A stretch of 20,515 nucleotides of DNA from Octopus sinensis. Taxonomy: Eukaryota. Positions 1 to 9,263 of the stretch are shown here, piece by piece. The position numbers and the translations under genes were made by a program. Below the pieces are notes generated by a model. The model did not search any database, had not been told where the DNA came from, and was given only the letters and a program-made list of their open reading frames with translations. How positions within the stretch are numbered: position 1 is the first letter of the stretch; every line of letters starts with the position of its first letter. Location of the stretch: NCBI RefSeq assembly GCF_006345805.1, contig NW_021823938.1, positions 1 through 20,515 of the forward strand. The letters are read 5' to 3'.

Positions 1-12
1 CCTGTACATCAA

Positions 13-30
13 TGTGTGTGTGTGTGTATG

Positions 31-69
<39 letters not shown>
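13..69. repeat. (TG)n microsatellite
   Basis: Direct reading; explains ORF 16..222. Confidence 0.95.
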
Positions 70-71
<2 letters not shown>

Positions 72-256
72 TGTTGTATTTCAGGATGGTCATTTGTTTT
101 TGCCAAATAAACACACGTTCTATATATTGGCTCTTCACTCGTTTGTTACTGTTTTTATTCTAACTCATGTCCATTACTCTTTTAACTCTTGTCCGAACAC
201 AGACAGGTGTTGTAGTGAATGACCGGTAGAGTGGAAATGGCAACAAGCAAAAATGC

Positions 257-358
257 TAGTTCTAAAATATCTCTAAGAGATCATTGCAGCATGCTGAGGT
301 GGCTGTGAACATTACTTGTTAATACAGCTGCTGCAGTAATCTCTTAGAGCGATTTTAG

Positions 359-363
<5 letters not shown>
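257..363. repeat. 107-bp fold-back, 35-bp arms; MITE-like or hairpin RNA
   Basis: 257-291 TAGTTCTAAAATATCTCTAAGAGATCATTGCAGCA is the reverse complement of 329-363 with 4 differences; TA at both ends. Confidence 0.8.
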
Positions 364-410
<47 letters not shown>

Positions 411-615
411 CGGGAAGCTTTATGAAATAAACAAAGGACGAAGGCAGGTGGAATACAAAAAAACAATTGTATTAGTATGGCGCTCAGGAATATAAATAAA
501 ACAAGTGTTTTACGTTTCGAGCCTACGCTGTTCAACAGAAAGAACACAGAAAAGAAACAAGGAGAAAAACAAGGAGAGAAAAAAAAATGCGTGCAGAAGC
601 TAGCGATTCAACATG

Positions 616-683
<68 letters not shown>
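362..683. repeat. Two (TA)n tracts (362-409, 619-683) flanking a ~210-bp insert
   Basis: Direct reading. Confidence 0.95.
506..543 (-). ncRNA. Variant minimal hammerhead ribozyme motif (Penelope-like)
   Basis: Minus strand TCTTT-CTGTTGA-AC-AGC-GTAG-GCT-C-GAAA-CGTA-AAACA: core has A6>U, short helix II, palindromic ACGT helix III, GUA triplet. Confidence 0.55.
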
Positions 684-685
<2 letters not shown>

Positions 686-842
686 AAATTAAGAGGAATG
701 ACCAGTAAAGTGGACACCTAATATGCTAAACATAGACGTCAAATCGCCATTACCACGAAGAATGTATTATCAAGAAAAATCTCAGCAAAACGTCGAAATG
801 TAAAATTAAGCTAGACAAATGAAAATATACGAAATAAAAAAC

Positions 843-915
843 GATTACCTACGTTTCACTTGTTAATATCTACGTATGCAAACACGCAAATATCTGCAAG
901 ATCGTCAGCGTAGTC
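843..915 (-). ncRNA. Minimal type-I hammerhead motif with long helix II
   Basis: Minus strand GACTACG-CTGACGA-TCTTG...ATATTTGCGT/ACGTAGATAT...CAAGT-GAAA-CGTA-GGTAATC; intact CUGANGA/GAAA core; helix I pairs at 5 of 7 positions. Confidence 0.65.
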
Positions 916-1273
916 TGTCGCTTACAAAATACAATTTCCACAACTAGATACAGAACGCTCAACCGAAATCGAGTATGTATAAAGTTCTACAAATTATATT
1001 TGGGTGCATTTTTCAAATGTCTTCACTTTGGCGCGCTGAGGCCGGAAATTACTATGCAGTTAATAAATTTCAACAGCCAAGATAGATAGGCAGACAGACA
1101 GATAAAGTGATTGTTTGTTGCCAACTTAATGTGGCAGTCCTAGGAAAGGGAAGAATGCTACTATTTAGCCCCAATAAACACCGTTTCTAGTTGGCTACGT
1201 GACACAAGTGTTCTGTGTCCCTTAAGTTTTCAAACAGGGGAGATAAGTACCTCCACCCAACAAAGCCAGCAAT

Positions 1274-1313
1274 CAGAGACTAGTTTCAGGGTGGTTGTTC
1301 TTCATCACTCTGG
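1274..1313 (-). ncRNA. Degenerate copy of the 1609 hammerhead (core C3>G), probably inactive
   Basis: Minus strand CCAGA-GTGATGA-AGAA-CAACCA-CCCT-GAAA-CTAGTC-TCTG. Confidence 0.7.
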
Positions 1314-1608
1314 AGTAGCTAGGCCTTGCTAACTGTTTGAAAACTTAAGGACACAGAACACTTGTATCAGAACTAGAAACGACGGTGTTTCTTGGGGCTA
1401 AACAACAGCAGCATTCTTCCCTTTCCCGGGACTGCCACATTAAGTTGGCAACAAGCTATCACTTTATCGTGCCGCTACTGTATAACTTTCTCTGAGAGAT
1501 TTAGAAATGTAATAATTCTAATTTTGCAGATCAGTGAATTTATTTCACTTGAAATTCTATAAGTTTTCAACAGCGATTTAGCACCTACAACTAGCAAGGC
1601 CTAGCTAC

Positions 1609-1651
1609 TCCAGACTGATGAAGAGCAACAACGCTGAAACTAGTCTCTGGA
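1609..1651 (+). ncRNA. Minimal type-I hammerhead ribozyme, predicted cleavage after C1645 (GUC)
   Basis: TCCAGA-CTGATGA-AGAG-CAACAA-CGCT-GAAA-CTA-GTC-TCTGGA: perfect 6-bp helix I, intact core, helix II 3 of 4 bp, palindromic ACTAGT helix III. Confidence 0.85.
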
Positions 1652-2440
1652 TGCTAGCTTTGTTGGGTGAAGGTGTTTATCTCCCCTGTTTGAAAACTTA
1701 AGGACACAGAACGCTTGTGTCACGTAGCCAACTAGAAAAAGTGTTTCTTGGGGCTAAATAGCAGTAGCATTTTTTCCCTTCCTGGGACTGCCACATTAAA
1801 TTGGCAACAAACGATCACTATGAATATATTTTCCCGGTAAACTTTCGTCGCGGTGAAAATTTCTTCACAGTAAATCGACGGCATTGAACTTGCCCTGCGG
1901 GGGAATTGATGGTGGTTGAACTTACCTGTAATCCGCCTACGCCTAAAGCTGAGTAATCAAATACTTGCGAAATTCATCGACGGGTCGTATGAAACTCGAA
2001 ACATTTGAGTAGCTAAGGAATAAGAAAAGGAAGTGGAAATTCTCATAGGGTATAAGTCAAGCGATTGTTATCTGTTTAATCATATCTAAACAAATAACAA
2101 ATACTGTTCAGATTGGGCAGAACATATGTAAGTTATGTCCAAAAATAAACATACTTTGATTAAAATAATTTTGATATTCTTCTTTCATTGTATACAATGC
2201 GCGTGAGGTAGGGGTCACAATATTTTACAATAGTGAAGTATAGTAATTTTGGCGTTTGGTATGAGAATTCGGTTAATTGAATAAAAGTTTTGTTTGTTTT
2301 CTACATAAATATGCAATTAAGTGGTATGTACTGAATATGTATGTTATGGGAGTGTGGGGGTGTAGTACATATGTATGTATATACACGCACGCACACTCAA
2401 ACATATACAAATATACATATATATGTTTGTATGTATATCA

Positions 2441-2937
2441 GGTCACTTTCGAGTGCTACTGGTAACATGTAACCCAGTACAACCTGTTGCATGGTCGGGT
2501 CGTCGGCGACTAAACCGGCAACCCCACCATGCTTGCTTGGTGAGGAGGGTGTTTATTGGACACCCTGCGGGATGAAAAGCAAAACCCGTCAAAGGGCGGA
2601 GAAACTCTTGAGAGTCAACGGCCATCCAATAAATGTCTTAAGGATGTATCGGCGCGGGGACATAGAAATAGTCGGACTGAATACCTGATCGCGTGGTTAA
2701 ACCATTGGGAGTGAAGGACTCCTAGCCTTTGTTAGGGCATCCTTCTAGGATAAGGTAACTCAGGTAACTGGGATAACTCCGACATAAAACCTGCGGCTCA
2801 GTGGTTACCGATGATGTTGACTTGTTCTTCTTTTCGGATTATGGCTGCTGTTGCTTAGTGAGTGGGATTGACTCAGTGCACAGCCTTTTCTCACTTTAAA
2901 AAAACTCTTCTTGCACAGGCATTGCACGATAACAACA
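2441..2937 (+). mobile_element. Structured GC-richer island resembling the 5' UTR of an RTE-clade LINE (non-coding remnant)
   Basis: Sharp composition shift and many hairpins; the motif TAGGGCATCCTTCTAGGATAAGGTAACTC recalls RTE-type leaders (from memory); no ORF or TSD found. Confidence 0.45.
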
Positions 2938-3011
2938 TTGATTACGCTTCGTGCAATGGCCATACTCGATAACGACAGGGCAGCCACCATATATGTAATA
3001 TATTCCCTAAG

Positions 3012-3073
3012 TATTTTCTGCTGATGAAGGAAAAGCCTTTGGGTCAATCCAGAAATTGGCCGATCCAGAGATA
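3012..3073 (+). ncRNA. Minimal type-I hammerhead ribozyme, predicted cleavage after C3065 (AUC)
   Basis: TATTTTCTG-CTGATGA-AGGA...TCCA-GAAA-TTGGCCGA-TC-CAGAGATA; helix I TTTCTG/CAGAGA, near-palindromic helix III ATTGGCCGAT. Confidence 0.7.
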
Positions 3074-3250
3074 ACTCGCTTTTATGAATTTCAGTTGGCT
3101 TGCTCACTCGATTTCGACGCGCATGCGTATTAATAATACTGATGATATTTAATGTAGTTCGACGATTTAGTGTCTCCTTGCAGCACAGAGGCAAGAATTT
3201 CTTCTATGCCCTTAATTATATATATATATATATATATATAATTAATAAAT

Positions 3251-3498
3251 GCGCCCATTTTAAAGCCTAGCCAGGCTCATGGGCCCGGTTTCCCGGTTTC
3301 TATGGCGTATGTGTTCCCCAGGTGGACGGGACGCAAGCCCATCGCAGCGTTACTCATTTTTGCCAGTTGAGTGGACTGGAGCAACGTGAAATGAGGTATT
3401 TTGCTCAAGAACACAACATGTCGCCCGGTCCAGGAATCGAAACCACAATCTTACGATCATGATGCTGACACCGTAACCACTAAGCCATGTGCCTCCAC
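3251..3498 (-). mobile_element. tRNA-derived CORE-type SINE (octopus OR2-like)
   Basis: Minus strand A box TGGCTTAGTGG and B-box-like GTTTCGATTCC, CORE-like GTGTTCTTGAGCAAAATACCTCATTTCACG; 3' tail shared with 6686-6988. Confidence 0.8.
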
Positions 3499-3510
3499 TA
3501 TGTGTGTGTG

Positions 3511-3626
3511 TATTCTTTTACTTGTTTCAGTCATGCTGGAGCACTACCTTAAGGGGTTTTAGTCGAACAAATCGACTCTAGGGCTTTTTTTTTTTTTGTA
3601 AGCGATGGTGGGAGGACAAATACAGA
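3511..3626 (-). mobile_element. Internally deleted 3' part of the 18126-family SINE
   Basis: Matches the reverse complement of parts of 18400-18590. Confidence 0.75.
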
Positions 3627-3923
3627 CATGAACACCTTCGAAACACGGAGTAGATAAAACAGGGAAACAACTGAAGAAGGGAATCTTCTTTATGTTGCCT
3701 GTCTCGTTTCTCTATTTGTTTCTTTCGTTGTTCGAAAAGAGATCGTTTTGTATGTTTTTTATGTTTACGTTTCTCATTGTGCTCCACGTTTTTTTAGGTC
3801 CTGTCCCCTTATAAGCATGAATATATACATATATATGTAGGTATGTACATATATGTAAGTATATATGCATATGCTTATATATTATTTATATTATTATTTT
3901 TATTATTATTATTATGTATATAT

Positions 3924-4060
3924 ACGACGAGCTTTTTCAGTTTCTGCTGTCTACCAAATCCACTCACAAGGCTTTATTCCGCCCGAGGCTATTTTAGAAG
4001 ACACTTACGCAGTGAGACTGAACCCAGAACCATATGGTTTGGAAGCAAGCTTCTTACCAC
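3924..4060 (-). mobile_element. 5' part of the 18126-family SINE
   Basis: Matches the reverse complement of 18140-18303 with a deletion. Confidence 0.85.
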
Positions 4061-4163
4061 AGAGATATGTGTGTGTGCGTGTGAGTGTGTATGTACATAT
4101 ATGAGTGTGTGTTTGTGTATGTGTTTGTGTGTGCGCGCGCGTGTGCGTGTGTGTGTCACTGTA

Positions 4164-4438
4164 CTGACCAGGTTATTTGATGTTGTTATACACCGCTGGT
4201 CACAATGCGCTTTCTCGCATTGTTGTAGATTCGAATGATGCTATCTCATTCGCTGGACGGGTGGACAGACCAACACACCCCGCAGGGTTACCCGTTTACC
4301 GCTGAGTGGATGGACTGGCGACAGCGTGAATGAGATGAAGTGGTTTGCACAAGAATACAATGTAACGCGGCTCTAGGATTCGAAAGCACAACCTTGCGAT
4401 TGTGAGACCAACACCCTAGCCACTAGGCCAGCCACCTT
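4164..4438 (-). mobile_element. Older, diverged CORE-type tRNA SINE
   Basis: Minus strand TGGCCTAGTGG A box, TTCGAATCC B box, CORE-like TTCTTGTGCAAACCACTTCAT; similar to 3340-3498. Confidence 0.7.
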
Positions 4439-4445
4439 TGCATGC

Positions 4446-4513
4446 GCACACATGTTTACACACAAAAAACACATACAAACATACATACGCACACAAACAC
4501 TCATATATACACA

Positions 4514-4558
<45 letters not shown>

Positions 4559-4819
4559 ACATATACACAAACACACGGAATTATTCATTAATTTTGCTCT
4601 GCTAAATGGAAAGCACACACACACACACACACACATATTCACACATATACACAAACACACACACATGCGCATATACACTCATACACACTCACACACACAC
4701 ACACACAAACACACATGGAATTAGCCATTAATTTTGCTCTGCTAAATGGAAAGTTCCATCATCAAAAAACGTTTTCCACAGTTCTACAGTTCGATATAAA
4801 ACAATACATGCGCACACAG

Positions 4820-4850
<31 letters not shown>

Positions 4851-4898
4851 CACATTCACACACGCACGCACACATACACACACCTACATACATACACA
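4446..4898. repeat. (CA)-rich compound microsatellite with a duplicated 37-bp unique motif (4577-4613, 4717-4753)
   Basis: Direct reading. Confidence 0.9.
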
Positions 4899-5238
4899 TC
4901 TGCTGGAAGGTCGAATTATACCTGTTACATTTCATGTCTACATACCTGCTTTAATTTCGCTAATGGCTAATTAACATTGGCGAAAGTAACAGTATTTCTC
5001 CTACATCCCAATAAACGTATCGAAATCCTTTCAGACCTGACTCTTTGTTCGTTGCACCCACAGGTAATAAGACCAGGCTTTCAGAGGTTTGAATAGTTAC
5101 ATTTAACTTCCTCTAAAGCTGCCCCTTGTCCCTTTTTTTCTCAAAGATTCTCCCAGCTTCTGTCTATTGTTCTCAGCTCCATTCTTATACAGCTTTCATT
5201 TTTCACATACACACCTGTTCATGACCTCACCTTTACAG

Positions 5239-5397
5239 GTAATATTTGTGTACAATACCGTTGATTCCTACCACGACCTCACCTTCGGCACCATCCTTGC
5301 CTGCACGTGTTTCATACATGATCTTGCTCTCTGCCCTTGTAGTTCAACGACAATATGGCCGACGGATAATACCACGTGGGAGCGCCCTGAATACTAA
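5239..5397 (+). other. Possible terminal coding exon (VIFVYNTVDSYHDLTFGTILACTCFIHDLALCPCSSTTIWPTDNTTWERPEY*), unconfirmed
   Basis: Unique sequence; CCTCACCTTTACAG acceptor-like site at 5225-5238; only phase 0 stays open, to TAA 5395-5397; no protein family recognised. Confidence 0.2.
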
Positions 5398-5469
5398 TCA
5401 GAAGCAAGATCGGGACCCGCATAAGTAACATAGCAGAACTGAAAACCTTCCCTCCAACTGTCCTTGGCT

Positions 5470-6120
5470 TTATTCTTTAATTCTTTAATTCTTTTGTTCT
5501 TTTATTCTTTTATTCTTTTGTTCTTTTACTTGTTTTATTCGTTTGACTGCGGGCCATGCTGGAGCACCGCCTTGAAGGGTTTTAGTTGAACAAATCGACC
5601 CCAGGACTTATCTCTCTCTATGTAAAGCTGAAGTTGTCTGTGCGTGTATGGCAGGTTTGGTAGCCTTCAACTAACACTATCTATCCCGAGACCCTGCGGC
5701 GCAAGTTGACCAAAATTGAGAGTATGATAGAAGAAGGCTTGTTCTTCCTTCCGTAGAAGATATAATTCAAATCGGACCATGTTAACACCGAAAATTATTT
5801 ACATCAAAAAGGTGCTTTTTTTCTATGAAAATCCCTATTTTTTACGATTTTTTGATTGCTGTGTCGCCATTTTTCGGTGTATTTCAACCAGAAAAATGTT
5901 CACTTAAAGAGAAGCTACATAATGCAAAATTTTTACTTTTCCAAAATTCCAATTCTAAAGGGTCGAAACAAACCCGAGCAACGCCGGGTGATGCTGCTAG
6001 TTCTTTATAAGCCTAGTATTTATTCTCTCTGCCTCTTTTGTCGAACCGCTAAGTTACGGGGACGTAAACGCGACAGCATCGGTTGTCAAGCGGTGATGGG
6101 GGACGAACAAAGACACAGAC
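5470..6120 (-). mobile_element. 3' half of an 18126-family SINE split by a Helitron (5470-5610 and 6001-6120)
   Basis: Removing 5611-6000 restores CAGGACTTA|TTCTTTATAAGCCTAG, matching the unbroken copy at 6256-6280. Confidence 0.9.
5611..6000 (+). mobile_element. Non-autonomous Helitron, 390 bp
   Basis: 5' TC, 3' CTAG, subterminal GC hairpin ACCCGAGCAACGCCGGGT (5972-5989), inserted between A5610 and T6001 with no TSD. Confidence 0.9.
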
Positions 6121-6171
6121 ACACACACATAGATATAGACATACATACACACACTCACACACACACACACT

Positions 6172-6493
6172 CTTACTCTCTTTTACTCTTTTACTTGTTT
6201 CAGTCATTTGACCGCGGCCATGCTGGACACCGCCTTTAGTCGAGCAAATCGACCCCAGGATTTATTCTTTGTAAACCTAGAACTTATTCTATCGAACTCT
6301 TTTGCTGAACCACTAAGTTACGGGGATGTAAACACACCAGCATCGGTTGTCAAGCGATGCTGGGGGACAAACACAAACGCACAAACAAGTACTAGGCTTC
6401 CAAGGAATAAGTCCTCGGGTCGATTTGCTCGACTAAAGGCAGTGCTTCAGCATGGCCGCAGCCAAATCACTGTAACAAGTAAAAGAAAGAGAG
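6172..6493. mobile_element. Two 18126-family SINE tails in opposite orientation (minus 6172-6385, plus 6387-6493)
   Basis: About 105-bp imperfect inverted arms, 6180-6285 and 6387-6493. Confidence 0.85.
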
Positions 6494-6685
6494 AATTAAA
6501 ATAGAAACTATGCTTGGCTGGCAGTTTCCTGCTAGAATATGACACATTTCCTTGAAGACAAACCGCTGGGGTTGGCAACACACATACACTGTTTAAAGTG
6601 CTGGGGCAACCGCCCTCTTCAATCTGGAATAATAAAAGTTGGCAGGTTAGCTTAACAGAGGTGTAACAATGGTATACTAAAATTA

Positions 6686-6988
6686 GTGGAGGCACATGGC
6701 CTAGTGGTTAGAGCAACGGACTCTAGGTCGAGGGATCGCAGGTTCGAATCTCAGACCAGGCGATATGTGTATTTATGAGCGAAATACCTAAGTTCCACGC
6801 GGCTCCGGCAGAAGGTAATGGCGAACTTCTACTGACTCTTTCGCCACAACTTTCTCTCACTCTTTCCTCCTGCATCTTGCAGCTCACCTGCGACGGACCG
6901 GCAACCCGTCCAGGTTGGGAACCTATACGCCAAGGAAACCGGAAAACCGGTCCTTGTGAGACAGGCATGGCTCGAGAAGGAACAAACA
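6686..6988 (+). mobile_element. Full-length tRNA(Arg)-like SINE (OR1-like) with 12-bp TSD
   Basis: A box TGGCCTAGTGG, B box GGTTCGAATC; TSD ATACTAAAATTA at 6674-6685 and 6989-7000. Confidence 0.9.
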
Positions 6989-7518
6989 ATACTAAAATTA
7001 CAGTGATCTAGAGCAATTATAGCTGTCTCACCTAAAAAAAAAATCTCAAAACTTCTGAAATGGACGTCGAAACACTGCTTCAATTACATATTCAGAATTT
7101 TTATTCAGACGAGCGGCTATTTGCAACATCAGTGAATGCTTTAATACTCTTTTCCTATATCAGAAACGACGGATATTTGTCCAAGCAGTTAATTGGCTGC
7201 GAGTATGCTCCATTGAAAAGGTCCAAAGCGGCCGAAATGCATCTGGTGCTCTCGCTGGTCGTTGCTGGGATGAATTTCCGCTTCTCTTGAATATTTATTT
7301 TTTGTGTTTTTAACGTAGCATGTCCATAAAAGATGTTATCTCAGGAAAACTACTGCAGTAACTGGCCTATCAACTGTGTATATTCATTAAGTATGATGGA
7401 TAGATGGCTATTCAAATACATTGGATTCTTGAGCTCCGGTTGTGAGGCAGTGTGAATTCACAGACGTCCTCCCCTCTTGACTCCGACATAAACTATTACA
7501 TAAGTACAGAGCAAAATA

Positions 7519-7888
7519 TCTCTCTATATATAAACGGCAAAATGTCTGTCTGTGTGTGTGTATCGTTTATACAAATCCACAATTTTTCAGTTAGAGGACT
7601 AACACTTTCTATGGTCATTCAAAACCGTCCAAGGGTGGTCGTGCACATCTTTACATTTCCCCAGTCACCCCGCAATGCCATTAAAAGATCAATAGAAATG
7701 ACTTTTTTGTGAATTTTCTATCCAAAACCCAATCAAAATGCCCGAAACTTGATACGCCAATTGAATGCCAGCTAGCTGTATGTGATTGGTCGGAGATTTG
7801 GACAGTACTCGCGTGTATGTGTGCACGCACACAGCTGTATATGCATGCACTAGCACTATGACCCGGCGTTGCCGGGTCATAGTACTAG
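7519..7888 (+). mobile_element. Second non-autonomous Helitron, 370 bp, different family
   Basis: A|TCTCTCTATATATAAA start, CTAG|T end, terminal hairpin ACCCGGC-GTT-GCCGGGT. Confidence 0.9.
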
Positions 7889-8067
7889 TTAATTATTAAG
7901 TGACAAAACAACAGGTGTTGCTTCATGGCATTTCTTGGCTTCTAGCAGTTTCAACTTTACGGAGTGGGGAATTTCAGAAAGATATACAAAGGGCGGATAA
8001 ATAAATAGATTGAGATGAATAGAAGCTTACGAAAAACATGAAAAAAATAATAGCAGGTAATTAAGCA

Positions 8068-8199
8068 TGTATGTGGGTATGTAGGTAGGTAGGTAGGTAT
8101 GTAGGTAGGTAGGTAGGTAGGTAGGTAGGCAGGTAGGTAGGTAGGTAGGCACAATCTCTCACTGCACATGGCACCACACACGCGCACAGACACACATAC

Positions 8200-8231
<32 letters not shown>

Positions 8232-8239
8232 GAAAACAA

Positions 8240-8270
<31 letters not shown>

Positions 8271-8954
8271 CACATACACACATATATATATATATAAATA
8301 CAAATATATATATATATAATATATGTATATGTATGTACACATGTATGTATATGTATATGTATGTACACACAGATATATATATATGTAGGTAGGTAGGTAG
8401 GTAGGTAGGTATGTATGTAGGTAGGTAGGTAGGTAGGTAGGTAGGTAGGTAGGTAGGTAGGTGGGTAGGTAGGTTGGAAGAAATATCGATAGACAGGTGG
8501 TTAAATGAGTGCGTGGGCGCTTAAGTTCGAAGGTAGATGTTTAGATAGATAGAATGGTAGGTAGACATATGTTGAATGGTAAAACACTAGGACCGGAAGG
8601 TGGGCGTAGGTGAATTTCAAAAGAAAGATCGTGGGTCGAAGGGTGGGCAGGTGAGTATATAGGTAGGTAGGTAGGTAGGTAGGTAGGTTGATTGTCAGAC
8701 ATGCATATATGTAGGTAGGTATAGAGGTGTTTCCAATGTGAAGACAGACAGACAGACAGACAGACAACACACAGACAGACAGACAGACGGACGGACGGAC
8801 GGACGGACGGACGGACGGACGGACAGATGGATGGATAGACAGATAGACAGATAGACAGACAGATAGATAGCTAGCTAGCTAGATAGATAGATACATACAT
8901 ACATACATACATAAATAGATAGATAGATAGAGAGAGAGAGAGAGATATATATAT

Positions 8955-9035
<81 letters not shown>

Positions 9036-9050
9036 GTGAGTGAGAGAGGG
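8068..9050. repeat. Compound tetra/dinucleotide satellite (GGTA, GACA, GACG, GATA, CATA, GA)
   Basis: Direct reading. Confidence 0.95.
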
Positions 9051-9263
9051 ATGAGGTAGGGTGATTGGGTATGTAAATATGAAGTCTTTCCCGAGATAAA
9101 GCTAATCGCCTTGGGGGTCCCTTCTAATCTTACTTCATTGACAAGTGAAAGCTTCGAACCCCTCAGATGAAAATGTCACCAACCCATAGACGTAGGTATC
9201 GCTTACGTAAACAGGTCCACGGCCTCCGCACAATCTCAGGCTGCACATGGCACTACACACAGC

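Larger units (their letters stand above)
1101..1819. mobile_element. Three copies of a ~230-bp hammerhead-bearing Penelope-like/retrozyme-like unit: minus ~1101-1331, inverted partial 1333-1468, plus 1592-1819
   Basis: 1101-1237 is the reverse complement of 1333-1468; 1106-1331 is the reverse complement of 1592-1819; each full copy carries a hammerhead core. Confidence 0.8.

Noticed and set aside
3670-3695. CTGAAGA followed by a small hairpin
   Set aside because: No downstream GAAA or cleavage triplet, so not a hammerhead.
5235-5390. Minus-strand frame with C-R-TGA as a possible selenocysteine motif
   Set aside because: No SECIS identified and no selenoprotein family match.
6688-6770. tRNA-like sequences here and at 14431-14574, 19225-19298 and 19650-19724
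   Set aside because: SINE heads without a proper acceptor stem, continuing into SINE bodies.
7060-7350. Unique region with 60-76-codon frames on both strands
   Set aside because: No recognisable protein or convincing splice-site pair.
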